Source of the DNA: Octopus bimaculoides
Lineage: Eukaryota
DNA: 62,141 nt
Assembly: GCF_001194135.2 (NCBI RefSeq)
Contig: NC_068985.1
Location: 107,759,072-107,821,212 of the forward strand
Direction: 5' to 3'
Below the pieces are notes generated by a model. That model was not told where the DNA came from and searched no databases. It saw only the letters and a program-made list of their open reading frames with translations. The position numbers were made by a program, and so were the translations under genes. Shown one piece after another: positions 13,363-25,759 of the stretch (positions are counted from its first letter, which is position 1; the number at the start of each line of letters is the position of its first letter).

Positions 13363-14019
13363 ATCCACACAGCTCCTTTCAAAAAACCTTATCGATGGAT
13401 ATTCATCAGCAGAAGCTGGCACACTTACTCAAAAACAAAATGAAGATAAAAGAACTTCATTTGGATCTCAGTGTTGATCTTGAACCATTTACAGTGCCTA
13501 AAGAAATCACAATTGAACAGAATTCTAACATTCTTAGAAGAAACTAAGCTATGGAAGAGAACACATCAATAGAACACACAGCACGGATTTGATTTTGGGA
13601 ATTTAATTCAAAGAAATGCAGAAAACATTGAGAAATGTGTACAGGAAGGACATATTGCTTTGTCTGAAACATTTTCAAGTGATAATGAGTAGCAAGGAAT
13701 TATAATGGTAAAATGTTTCAGAGAGATTGGTTTGTGTGGAGTAACAGGAAATAAGCCATATTTTGTTTATGATATTGATGTTTTAGAAAAGGCAGTGTTA
13801 TACATCATCTTTGACGAGAGAAAATGGAGAAAATTATTTGATGGAATTCCTGAGCATGAATGTAGTAAATCAGTATAAATTAAATTATAGATTGTGGTGG
13901 AGAGAGAGAGATCAGACAAAGAATTCATTCAAAACAGATAAATGGGACGTTTTATGCATAAACAAAATTGTATTAAACAAGGCTCACAGGACTAATGTTA
14001 TATGCTAAATGGAAAAAAA

Positions 14020-14205
14020 ATATCACCACTACCATCAACTACAACTGCCACCACCACTGCCACTGTCACCGACACCACCACTGCTGTAGCCACTACTGCT
14101 GCCACTGCCACCATCATAGTGCCAACCACCACTACTATGAGCACTATCATCATCATCACCACCACCACCACCACCACTACCACCACCATCATCATCATCT
14201 TATCA
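14020..14205. repeat. Imperfect (CAC/CAT)n trinucleotide tract
   Basis: Directly visible; produces poly-H/T/V ORFs. Confidence 0.9.
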
Positions 14206-14513
14206 AAGTGACAAACTCAGTCATTAGCATGTTGAACAAATTGTTTAGTAGCATTTCTTCAAACTTTTTATGCTTTTGAGTTCAAATACCACCGGAGTCA
14301 ACTTCGCTTTTCATCCTTTCAGAGTTGATAGAAATAAAATATCGAGATTGATGAATAACAAAATGAATATAATTCTCTTTAACCTTGTTTGGAAATAACA
14401 TTCTGTCTTAAAGATCAAAGGCAAAATACAGGTACAACACTGACTTGCTGGACATTAGTATCTCTTATATTATGAACTAATTTCCAGGTAGGAACTTCAA
14501 ATTCTTGTGACCA

Positions 14514-14561
14514 TCAGACTAGTTTACTAGTGCCTTGCACAGAGTAACATCTTGTACAGTA
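14514..14561 (-). CDS. Orphan gene, putative last coding exon (YCTRCYSVQGTSKLV*)
   Basis: Acceptor ttaatacag|; phase 0 matches the preceding exon; 122-nt intron 14562-14683. Confidence 0.5.
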   Translation of the reverse strand, partial: YCTRCYSVQGTSKLV

Positions 14562-14683
14562 CTGTATTAATTGCATAATTTATATAATTTACCAAATGTA
14601 CAGGTATTTGTATTTCATGTAATTATTTTTAATGTTGGCTTAATTTAGAGTATGACCATCTCTAGTTTGGAAAAGTCAGTTAC

Positions 14684-14735
14684 CTGAAATGGTTTTAGAA
14701 CCAAAGGTTCTGGAAAAATCAGTGTTATACTTGTA
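14684..14735 (-). CDS. Orphan gene exon (sTSITLIFPEPLVLKPFQ)
   Basis: tattattcaacag| ... CAG|GTAACT; 52 nt, phase 2 to 0, compatible with both neighbours. Confidence 0.55.
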
Positions 14736-14898
14736 CTGTTGAATAATAGTTAATGCAATGCTTAATTCCACACATGTCAAATAAACAACAGCTGTAATAT
14801 ATTATCTTCATACTCTAGACTTCAAGATTAAGATTCCAAGAGAGATTTTATATTGAAAATTTTAGCCATTTTTGAATTTAGCTAATATAGCTAATATC

Positions 14899-14974
<76 letters not shown>

Positions 14975-15066
14975 NNNNNNNNNNNNNNNNNNNNNNNNNN
15001 NNNNNNNNNNNNNNNNNNNNNNNNNNNNNNNNNNNNNNNNNNNNNNNNNNNNNNNNNNNNNNNNNN

Positions 15067-15099
<33 letters not shown>

Positions 15100-15512
15100 T
15101 GTGGAATAGGTGTTTTTCAAAGATGAAATACAACTATTAAACGATTAGCATATTCATGTTCAAATCTGCTGGAACATATTAAGAATAAATATGTACATCA
15201 TTATTTTCAATCTTACTGTTACCTGTGCATTGTTATTTATTTTTAGTTTGGTAGGTATCAGCATGCACCATCAAATAGCCTCCACTCTTGTTTAGAATTG
15301 ATTGATTTGGATGTAGCTCTGACTGAAGAGACACAGTCCAGGTTGAAATTCTCTGGTGTCTCAAAACCACTTATATCAATGAATCAACTGTGTTATCAAC
15401 ACACACGGTTTGAAGAGAGAAGGTGTTGAAAAACCCTTTCAATGTGAAAGCTGAAGGTTGCTCATGAGATGTAAACTATGTATGTATGTATGTATGTATA
15501 TATGTATGTATA

Positions 15513-15808
15513 TGAAAGATATTTCCTCATCCGGGGAGCAAGAACAGCTGAGTGTGCTGCCCAGGTAGACAAAGTTGTCTACTACTTTCAGAATTGTTCC
15601 TTCAACCAAGATAGCTGGTTTCACATATAGATTTCCTGGTACAGGCTGGAACATTACAACAGTCTTGTCCAGGCTAATGCTAAGTCCAAATGCCTTGCAA
15701 GAAGCAGAAATGCAATTCATGAGTATTTGCATGTCATCCATTGTATGAGTGACTAAGTCACAGTCATCTGCATAGAGGAGGTCACAAATAATAGACTGGA
15801 GAACCTTT
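15513..15808 (-). mobile_element. RTE-clade LINE RT segment (inverted 5' part)
   Basis: KVLQSIICDLLYADDCDLV...FGLSISLDKT...FVYLGSTLS...DEEISF is a typical RTE reverse transcriptase. Confidence 0.9.
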
Positions 15809-16550
15809 GAATTGGCGAGCAACTAATTCCTTCCAGTCTCTTCAGTCTCGTGTCTGGTCCCAGCATGGCATAGCAAGGCAAACAAAAGTTGCTGTGTACC
15901 GTGCATGTGTACTGACATCGCTCCTCTACTCATGTGAGACATGGACTCTGTACAAACGTCAGGTAAGGGTCCTTGAACGCTTTCATCAGAGATGTCTCGG
16001 GCACATTCTTAATGTTGGCTGGACCTCAAAAATTCCGGACACACAGGTCCTGAGGACAGCTGATATCTTGAGTATTGAGGCGATGGTGCACAAGCACTGG
16101 TTACATTAGACTGGACACCTTATTAGAATGAAGGATAGCAGGATTCCTAAGCAGATGCTATATGGAGAACTTGGGAATGGAAGGAGACTCTGGCAGAAAC
16201 CAAGGCTGCGATTTAAGGACTGTGTCAAGTCTTCATTAAAGACACTGACTGGGAGAACAATGCCTGTCATCGCCACGGATGGAGGAAGTAGGTTAAGGAG
16301 GGGATCGACACTTTTGAGAGAGCACGTATCCAGCATGAAGAACTTAAGCGAGCTGTGTGAAAGCGCACGGCTCGTATAGTGAATGGGGAAAGCTTGGTCT
16401 GCAATGTTTGCAGTTGCTTATGCTTGTCAAGAGTAGGGCTCATTAGCCACCAACGGAGTCACAAATGCAAAATATAAGTTAGTCCTAGAGTGCACAATGT
16501 TTCTGAAGGTCAGCAATGGTCTTCCTTGGTCACAAGTGGACGGCCATCAT
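15809..16550 (+). mobile_element. RTE-clade LINE 3' part with one C-terminal zinc finger and a 3' stem-loop
   Basis: RATNSFQSLQSRVW...TKVAVYRACVLTSLLYSCETW...RIPKQMLYGEL...RFKD..K; CNVCSCLCLSRVGLISHQRSH; stops and frameshifts. Confidence 0.9.
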
Positions 16551-16559
16551 ATGTATCAT

Positions 16560-16815
16560 ATAGCATATATCAAAAGAATCTTTCCTGAGCCATAGACTTA
16601 TAAAATGGGTTTCTCAGATTCCATGGCATATATACTCCCCACCCTCCTAGATGGCACACTAGTCAATTGCAAGATTACTTATTTTTCCCAGATGTGTGGA
16701 CTGGAGCAATGTGAAATGAAGTGTTCAGCCCAAGAACCCAACATGTTGCCCAGTTCATGAATTGAGACCTCAATCTTCTACTATTATGAGTGCAACACCC
16801 TAACCACTTAGCCAC
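16560..16815 (-). mobile_element. tRNA-headed SINE, family B-like, diverged
   Basis: Minus strand tggctaagtggttagggtgttgcactcat...acacttcatttcacattgctccagtccac, similar to 22422-22725. Confidence 0.55.
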
Positions 16816-16951
16816 AAGTGAGGGACCATGTGAGAGAACAACAAACATGTGTATTAGTTTGATGCTCAGGTAGAATGGAAAAGTCTTTGACGTTTTGAGC
16901 CTATGCTCTTAGACAGAAAGAGATGAGAGAGAAAAAAATTGGGGAGAGAAA

Positions 16952-16990
<39 letters not shown>

Positions 16991-17002
16991 CATTTTCATA
17001 TA

Positions 17003-17077
<75 letters not shown>

Positions 17078-17863
17078 NNNNNNNNNNNNNNNNNNNNNNN
17101 NNNNNNNNNNNNNNNNNNNNNNNNNNNNNNNNNNNNNNNNNNNNNNNNNNNNNNNNNNNNNNNNNNNNNNNNNNNNNNNNNNNNNNNNNNNNNNNNNNNN
17201 NNNNNNNNNNNNNNNNNNNNNNNNNNNNNNNNNNNNNNNNNNNNNNNNNNNNNNNNNNNNNNNNNNNNNNNNNNNNNNNNNNNNNNNNNNNNNNNNNNNN
17301 NNNNNNNNNNNNNNNNNNNNNNNNNNNNNNNNNNNNNNNNNNNNNNNNNNNNNNNNNNNNNNNNNNNNNNNNNNNNNNNNNNNNNNNNNNNNNNNNNNNN
17401 NNNNNNNNNNNNNNNNNNNNNNNNNNNNNNNNNNNNNNNNNNNNNNNNNNNNNNNNNNNNNNNNNNNNNNNNNNNNNNNNNNNNNNNNNNNNNNNNNNNN
17501 NNNNNNNNNNNNNNNNNNNNNNNNNNNNNNNNNNNNNNNNNNNNNNNNNNNNNNNNNNNTATATATATATATATATATATTTATACATGCACACATGTTT
17601 AATATATATGTCTATGTGTGTGTGTAATATAATATATATATATACACATACGCCAGCATGGAAAGCGGACGTTAAACGATGATGATGATAATGATATATA
17701 TTACATACATGGTATGTATATGTATGTGTGTGTGAGTATCTCTCTCTCTATATATATATGTATATATATATATTAATTATACACACCCACACATATATAT
17801 ACATATACAAACACACATATACACACATACATCTGTGTGTACATATATATACACATACATGCT

Positions 17864-17897
<34 letters not shown>

Positions 17898-17940
17898 TGT
17901 GTGTGTGTGTGAATATTTCTATGATATTTAGCATGCACAC

Positions 17941-17973
<33 letters not shown>

Positions 17974-18374
17974 TACACTTCCTACCCACATAAAGCACTA
18001 TTGAATGTCTTCAGGAATCCATAAACAGCATATAATCAGGTGCCACCCCTCCCCTCTTCTGTTCACACACAGGAATGTGGTTTTCTTTCTTATCTGCTAA
18101 ACTTGTCCAACTTCAGATAATGTTGGAGAAATTCCACTTTTAATTGAACAGTATTGACCTATATTATTGTTGTTTTAAATGTTGTTGTTGTTGTTGTGGT
18201 GGTTGTTATTGTTGCTTTGAATGGATTTACGTGTGCAGAAATGTAAGTTTGTTATATTGTATACGTAATATGTTAGTGCTTACATAGCATCTTCCCCTTC
18301 TTCCTCCTCCTCGCTCTCCTCCTCCTCTTCATCATCATCATCATCAAAATATACCAAGATTTGTAGGTGAGTGG

Positions 18375-18423
<49 letters not shown>

Positions 18424-18542
18424 TAAAAGTTGAATGATGAAAAAGAGTGCTCAACATTGCATTGGCGGATATAATTTCTTTATTTGTGAATTAAGGCTAC
18501 CTTTGGTTNNNNNNNNNNCACACATATCTATATAAGATGAAA

Positions 18543-18583
<41 letters not shown>

Positions 18584-18611
18584 AGACCAAAGTGTACATA
18601 CGCCGCCATAT

Positions 18612-18989
18612 GTATATAAAAAGGAATATAAAAAATGGGACAAGAACGCAAAACATCCAGACAGATGATAAAAAAGGGGACAAGAAAAAACACGGACGGG
18701 TCATTTGAAGTTTTCTTTCCTCGGTCGAATTCCAGATTATCTTTGCAATTTCAGCTGGTTATACTCGAGATTGCTCCAATCTGGCCAGCAATCTTGAGTA
18801 TAACCAGCCGAAATTGCAAAGATAATCTGGAACTCGACTGAGGAAAGAAAACTTCGAAAGACCCGTCTGTGTTTTTTCTTGTCCCTCCTTTGCTCTTTTG
18901 TATCATCTGTCTGGATGTGTTGTTGTCCCTTTTTTTTGTATCATCTAGCTGTCAGGATGTCTTGTGTTCTTGTCCCATTTTTTGTATTC

Positions 18990-18998
<9 letters not shown>
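18612..18998. mobile_element. Fold-back (palindromic) element
   Basis: Arms 18612-18775 and 18787-18998 are reverse complements around an 11-nt loop; the right arm has an internal duplication. Confidence 0.85.
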
Positions 18999-19031
<33 letters not shown>

Positions 19032-19628
19032 TTTAATTCATTATTATTATTATTATTGTTATTATTATTATTATTATTATTATCATTATTATCATTATTA
19101 TTGTATTCAAATAAAAATATTAATGCTTGTGTGCGCACACCACACACACACACACACACACACAAAATAAACATGCTGTTATCTGCTTAGTCTCTTGGAG
19201 TATTTCAATTGATCAAAATGTAAACAGTACATTTTTTTTTTCAAGCCCGGTACTTATTTTATCGGTCTCTTCTGCTGAAGCGCCAACTTATGNNNNNNNN
19301 NNNNNNNNNNNNNNNNNNNNNNNNNNNNNNNNNNNNNNNNNNNNNNNNNNNNNNNNNNNNNNNNNNNNNNNNNNNNNNNNNNNNNNNNNNNNNNNNNNNN
19401 NNNNNNNNNNNNNNNNNNNNNNNNNNNNNNNNNNNNNNNNNNNNNNNNNNNNNNNNNNNNNNNNNNNNNNNNNNNNNNNNNNNNNNNNNNNNNNNNNNNN
19501 NNNNNNNNNNNNNNNNNNNNNNNNNNNNNNNNNNNNNNNNNNNNNNNNNNNNNNNNNNNNNNNNNNNNNNNNNNNNNNNNNNNNNNNNNNNNNNNNNNNN
19601 NNNNNNNNNNNNNNNNNNNNNNNNNNNA

Positions 19629-19899
19629 CCCTTAACGTAGTTCTCGGGGATATTCAGTGTGACACAGTGTGACAAGGCTGACCCTTTGAATTACAGGCAC
19701 AACAGAAACAGGATGTAAGAGTGAGAGAAAGTTGTGGTGAAAGAGTACAGCAGGGTTCGCCACCATCCCCTGCTGGAGCTTCGTGGAACTTTAGGTGTTT
19801 TTGCTCAATAAACACACTCACAATGCCCGGTCTGGGAATCGAAACCGCGATCCTATGACCGCGAGTCCGCTGCCCTAACCACTGGGCCATTGCACCTCC
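19629..19899 (-). mobile_element. SINE family B
   Basis: Reverse complement of 11943 and 60389 copies; A and B boxes intact. Confidence 0.9.
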
Positions 19900-20433
19900 A
19901 CTCAATGATATATATAATAAGAATAATTGTAACAGCTGCATTGGTAATCTGTTACCTGGTATTGCTACAATTGGTTTAAGATTCTTCACTGTGACACAAG
20001 CATAGTATAGTTAGTACAAGCACAACATCCATAACATTACCTTAATATATTACACAACTTTCCGCTCATCAGGCTAACGAGAAAGCTGAGCAGTGACATG
20101 TTGATGAATCAACAAGTTTTTATGCCACACTTAAGGCTTCATTCATTTCTGGATACTATTGAAATTGTAGATTATCTAACTGACAGTCTACTTTCCTTTG
20201 TCAAAACATTCTGTGCTCTGATAATGGATTAATTAACTGTCTGTTTTGTGCCATTCTGTCTAGTCAATTTGTGGTATGCTTCACTTTGATATGCTTTGAT
20301 ATGTCTTGATCCTTTGTGACCTCTAGTGTAGAACTGATTCTAAAATCCACTGTAATGGGTATATGATACTGTACACTTCAATTAATATATATATACACAC
20401 ACACAGACACACATACATACATATATATATATA

Positions 20434-20489
<56 letters not shown>

Positions 20490-20526
20490 CACATACATGC
20501 ACACACGCACATATACACATACATAC

Positions 20527-20566
<40 letters not shown>

Positions 20567-21184
20567 GTGAATATGCATATATATATATACACANNNNNNN
20601 NNNNNNNNNNNNNNNNNNNNNNNNNNNNNNNNNNNNNNNNNNNNNNNNNNNNNNNNNNNNNNNNNNNNNNNNNNNNNNNNNNNNNNNNNNNNNNNNNNNN
20701 NNNNNNNNNNNNNNNNNNNNNNNNNNNNNNNNNNNNNNNNNNNNNNNNNNNNNNNNNNNNNNNNNNNNNNNNNNNNNNNNNNNNNNNNNNNNNNNNNNNN
20801 NNNNNNNNNNNNNNNNNNNNNNNNNNNNNNNNNNNNNNNNNNNNNNNNNNNNNNNNNNNNNNNNNNNNNNNNNNNNNNNNNNNNNNNNNNNNNNNNNNNN
20901 NNNNNNNNNNNNNNNNNNNNNNNNNNNNNNNNNNNNNNNNNNNNNNNNNNNNNNNNNNNNNNNNNNNNNNNNNNNNNNNNNNNNNNNNNNNNNNNNNNNN
21001 NNNNNNNNNNNNNNNNNNNNNNNNNNNNNNNNNNNNNNNNNNNNNNNNNNNNNNNNNNNNNNNNNNNNNNNNNNNNNNNNNNNNNNNNNNNNNNNNNNNN
21101 NNNNNNNNNNNNNNNNNNNNNNNNNATACAGTCCAACCCATGCTAGCATGGAAGGTGGACGTTAAACAATGATGATGATGTTAA

Positions 21185-21215
<31 letters not shown>

Positions 21216-21237
21216 CATACACACACATACATATATA

Positions 21238-21432
21238 CTTCTTTATTGCCCAGAGGGGGTTAAACATAGAGGAGACAAACAAGGACAGACAAAGGGATTA
21301 AGTCGATTACATTGACCCCAGTCAGTAACTGGTTCTTAATTTATCAATCCGAAAGGATGAAAGGCAAAGTCGACTTTGGTGGAATTTGAACTCAGAATGA
21401 AAAGACGGGCAAAATACCGCTAAGCATTTCTA
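21238..21432 (-). mobile_element. SINE family C
   Basis: Reverse complement of the 56160-56370 monomer, including the tgtctgtccttgtttgtc tail. Confidence 0.75.
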
Positions 21433-21699
21433 CATTGGTATGGGTTGAACAAGTTTTCTGAATCAGTGTTTAAAGCTGGATTCCTCCCCTGCAACCAACC
21501 CTTATCCTGTAACATGCCGGATCATGGTGCACTTATTTTAAAACCAAGGTACACACACACACATTCATATATATATATTTATATACATATGAAGGAGATG
21601 ACAAAGAGCCTAGGTGATTGAAAACACACAGTGCTTGAGAAGAGCCATCCATCTATGCAAGCATGGCAAAACTGATGTTAAAATTGTGATAGTGATGGA

Positions 21700-22400
21700 G
21701 ACTAGAAGCACACATCTGTGGCCCTTGCCCAATATATCCCTGGCACATCTACACCTGCTGTCCCACCTCTTATCTCCTTATCACTCATCCTTCTATCTTT
21801 CTTCTATCTACTGTTTTATTCTGGTGCTGTAATTAATGAAAATAGGAGCCATTACTACACACATCAATTACTCTTTCTGTACTGGCAGTCATCACTCCCT
21901 CTGCACTGAGCTTCTTCCTACAACCATCCATTCCCTCATTCTTACCAGCGAATTTTCTTATCTATATTTACCATCAACCACCACCATCTTCATCTACTGG
22001 TGACTACCTTCATTTTCTACTCCATTGTTTTTGTCCCTCACTCACTCTACTCCTACACACATTTCTACAAAACTTTACCTGTCCTTCTTAATTCGTCTGT
22101 CACCATGCTTCCTTCTCTTTCTTAGACATGTTACTATAAGATTACTACACTCTGAATTCTCAACATCATCTTTATTGCTTTTTCTGGCATCACCCTATCC
22201 ACTCCACCCATCCATATATAACATGGGGTGACTGTGAATCTCTTCCTACTCAATCCACCCCTTTCTTCTTTTACCACTGCCAAACTCCCTAACCCCTGAC
22301 ACCACTCTTTCGCTTGTCTTTCTATTAACCCTTTCCCCAGCACTATTTCTGTCAGTCATTTCACTAATGTATCCTCCCACGTCTACTAATCTGTTTCTCT
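21700..22400 (-). mobile_element. Highly degenerate LINE fragments (RTE-like; possible CCHC motif near 21730)
   Basis: Purine-rich minus strand with remnants such as WMGGVDRVMPEKAIKMMLRIQSV and SRCRCARDILGKGHRC. Confidence 0.3.
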
Positions 22401-22421
22401 CATCATACTTCTGATCACTGT

Positions 22422-22725
22422 GAAGGTGCATGGCTTAGTGGTTACTGTATTTGGCTGTCGATTTGTATGGTCATGAGTTCAATTCTTGATGGCGCATTGT
22501 GTCCTTGAGCAAGGCACTTTATTTCACATTACTCCAGTCCACTCAGTTCGTGCAAATGAGCAGTACCTGTAATTCAAAGGGCCAGCCATTTCACATCCTG
22601 TGTCACACTGAACCTCTTTGAGAGCTATGTTAATGTTATGTGTATCTATGGAGTACTCATCCACTTGCAGGCTGATCCACTGCTTGGATCAACAGGAACC
22701 CTCATCATTGAAACTGTCAGAGTTC
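22422..22725 (+). mobile_element. tRNA-headed SINE, family B-like
   Basis: tggcttagtggtt...gagttcaattc head, gtccttgagcaaggcactt core, and 3' part shared with 60389-60718. Confidence 0.7.
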
Positions 22726-22761
22726 CAGTCTTTTACTTCTCATCACCTTACCTGAACTCAC

Positions 22762-22835
22762 CTGCCTCTCTCGGCTAATCTCCTCAGTTGTGGAAGCTCT
22801 TTAGCATTGTGAGTCTCAAGGGGATCTGACCAGTG
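22762..22835 (-). CDS. Orphan gene exon ([HWS]DPLETHNAKELPQLRRLAERG)
   Basis: Long pyrimidine tract plus CAG acceptor (22835, alternative 22825); donor CAG|GTGAGT; only one open frame. Confidence 0.55.
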
Positions 22836-23004
22836 CTGACGCAATGACAGAAAAGAAAAGGAAATCCTGCAGTGCATTCTGTAAAGTGGTTGGCATAGAA
22901 ACCATGTCAAAATTGAGACTCTGGAGCAAAAGGGGTTCCTCTAATCCACTGGATCCTGTAGAACTGTTCAATGTGTGTAAGCATGGAAAACAGATGTAAA
23001 ATGA

Positions 23005-23010
23005 TGACCG

Positions 23011-23042
<32 letters not shown>

Positions 23043-23114
23043 GCAATGATGAGCTGATGATGACAAGGATGATGGTAATGACGATGACAACGATAATGAT
23101 GATAATGAAGATGG

Positions 23115-23149
<35 letters not shown>

Positions 23150-23221
23150 GCAATGATGAGCTGATGATGACAAGGATGATGGTAATGATGATGACGACGA
23201 TAATGATGATAATGAAGATGG

Positions 23222-23254
<33 letters not shown>

Positions 23255-23495
23255 CAATCTTCACAACGATAATGATAATGAAGGTGATGGTTATGATGAT
23301 GATGACAACAGTAGTGATGATAATGATGATGATGATGACGATGACGACGATGACAATGATGACGATGATCTGATGACAATGATGATGATGACAATGATGA
23401 TGATGATGATGGTGATGACAGAGACAATGACAATGATGATGACATTGTTGATGACAACGATGATGATGACAACTTCAATGATAACGATGACGATA
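23005..23495. repeat. Complex (GAT)n tract with an internal ~120-bp duplication
   Basis: The unit ggcaatgatgagctgatgatgacaaggatgatggtaatg occurs twice. Confidence 0.9.
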
Positions 23496-23909
23496 TATCT
23501 TATGTAAGTATATACATTTAAAGCTTGTTGACTCGAGGAAACAACAACATCTATTCTGTTGAGAAATGGCTTTAATACTTCTATTCTCAAGTGAATACAA
23601 TTTACAATTTACATCCAGCTTTTTGTTCTTAGTGCATAATGTCAAAAGTAAATCAGTCAACTGTTACCACGTGAAGCCAAGTGTTACCATGTACAACCTC
23701 TTAATCCTATAGAATTGTACACAATCTTATTCTACAGATGGTTTTATTAGCCGTTAAACAAATTCATTTTGTCAAGATATATATTATTAACTAGGTTAAT
23801 ATAACATCTCGGTTGACCAACGGTCATTGCTTGACTTCTTGTGTTTTTCGGCTGAAGTTTTGTTATGTAAAACATTAAGTATTTTGGTGTTTCCTGAAAA
23901 ATGAAAATA

Positions 23910-24081
23910 CATCTCTCTCTCTCATTTTTCTTTTTCCTTTCTTTCTTTCTTTTTTTCTCTCCCCCTCTCTTTCTTTATCTCTTTTGCTCTCCCCTCCCCC
24001 TCATTTTTAATCTTTTTCTATCTCCCCTCTGCCACTCTTTCTTTCTTTCTCTCTCTCCCTTCTTCTCTTTCTTTATCTCAT

Positions 24082-24112
<31 letters not shown>

Positions 24113-24117
24113 CCCTT

Positions 24118-24154
<37 letters not shown>

Positions 24155-24410
24155 CTTTCCTTCTTCTTCTTCTTCTTCTCTCTCTCTCTCTCTCTCTCTC
24201 CTTTTTAATCTCTTTCTCCCCTCTGCCACTCTTTATTTCTTTCTCTCTCTCTTCTCCTTCTCTTTTTTCTCTCTTTCTCTTTCTCTCCTTCTCTTTCTTT
24301 CTCTCTTTCTCTCTTTCTCTCCTTTTCTTTATTTCTTTCTTTCCTTCTTTCTTTCTTTCTTTCTTTCTTTCTTCTTCTTCTCTCCCTCTTTCTTTCTTTC
24401 TTTCTTTTTT
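23910..24410. repeat. Polypyrimidine (CT/CTTT)n tract with an internal duplication
   Basis: tttttaatct...cccctctgccactcttt occurs at about 24005 and 24203. Confidence 0.9.
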
Positions 24411-24839
24411 AAACTCACAGACTAACCCACACTGGCATACACATACATGCACAGACACACATATACACACTGTTCCGCCCGCTTTACTCATTACGAACAA
24501 ACACACACACAAAGGCAGGGGAACAATATGCACATCCAGACAGACACATGCTCATGAGCACTTACACTCAGACACGACACATATGTGCATGCAAACCTAC
24601 GCATACACACAGACTCACATACACACTCACCATTTCACTCACTCGTACAAACATACATAAACACACAGAGGTAGATAACACAGACACACTCATGCTCATA
24701 CACACATACACACAAGCACACATACTCTTGTTTTTACTCTTACCCAGATATATACCCAATTGCATACACATTCACACACATGTACGATTGCCTGTGGAAT
24801 GAGACCAAAAGATAGTCTATGGCATAAATATAGTAGCAG

Positions 24840-25006
24840 AAGTATAATAGCAGCAGCTGAAGCAATACTAGTAGCAGTAGTAGTAGTAGCAGTGGTGATG
24901 ATGGTGGTTGTAGTAATGATGATAGTGATGGTAGTGGTGATAGTAGTAGTAGTGGTGGTGGTGGTGGTGGTGGTTATGGTGGTGGTGATAGTGGTTGTAG
25001 TAGTGA

Positions 25007-25042
<36 letters not shown>

Positions 25043-25565
25043 CAGAGGTGATGGTAGTAGTGGTGGTGGTAGTTGTGGTAGTGGTTGTAGTAGTAGAGGT
25101 GATGGTAGTAGTGGTGGTGGTGGTGGTNNNNNNNNNNNNNNNNNNNNNNNNNNNNNNNNNNNNNNNNNNNNNNNNNNNNNNNNNNNNNNNNNNNNNNNNN
25201 NNNNNNNNNNNNNNNNNNNNNNNNNNNNNNNNNNNNNNNNNNNNNNNNNNNNNNNNNNNNNNNNNNNNNNNNNNNNNNNNNNNNNNNNNNNNNNNNNNNN
25301 NNNNNNNNNNNNNNNNNNNNNNNNNNNNNNNGTGGTGGTAGTTGTGGTAGTGGTTGTAGTAGTAGAGGTGATGGTAGTAGTGGTGGTGGTGGTGGTAGTA
25401 GTGGTGGTAGTTGTGGTAGTGGTTGTAGTAGTAGAGGTGATGGTAGTAGTGGCGGTGGTGGTGGCGGTGGTGGTAGTGCTGGTGGTAGTAGTAGTGGTAG
25501 TTGTGGTACTGGTTGTAGTAGAAGAGGTGATGGTAGTAGTGGTGGCAGTGGAGGCGGTGGTGGTT

Positions 25566-25601
<36 letters not shown>

Positions 25602-25605
25602 ATGA
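24840..25605. repeat. (GTA/GTG)n trinucleotide tract, gapped
   Basis: Directly visible. Confidence 0.92.
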
Positions 25606-25759
25606 CAATCCTATACTTGGAGATAATGCAATGTCAATGATTATAAAATATTTAGGTTTCACTTTTCTGGTTTGTTAAAAAGATTAAGTCATCATTTGTT
25701 CTTGGCATTGTTTAGTTCTGGTTCTGTTGGTGTGCTGCAGAGATGTCACACACATTCAC

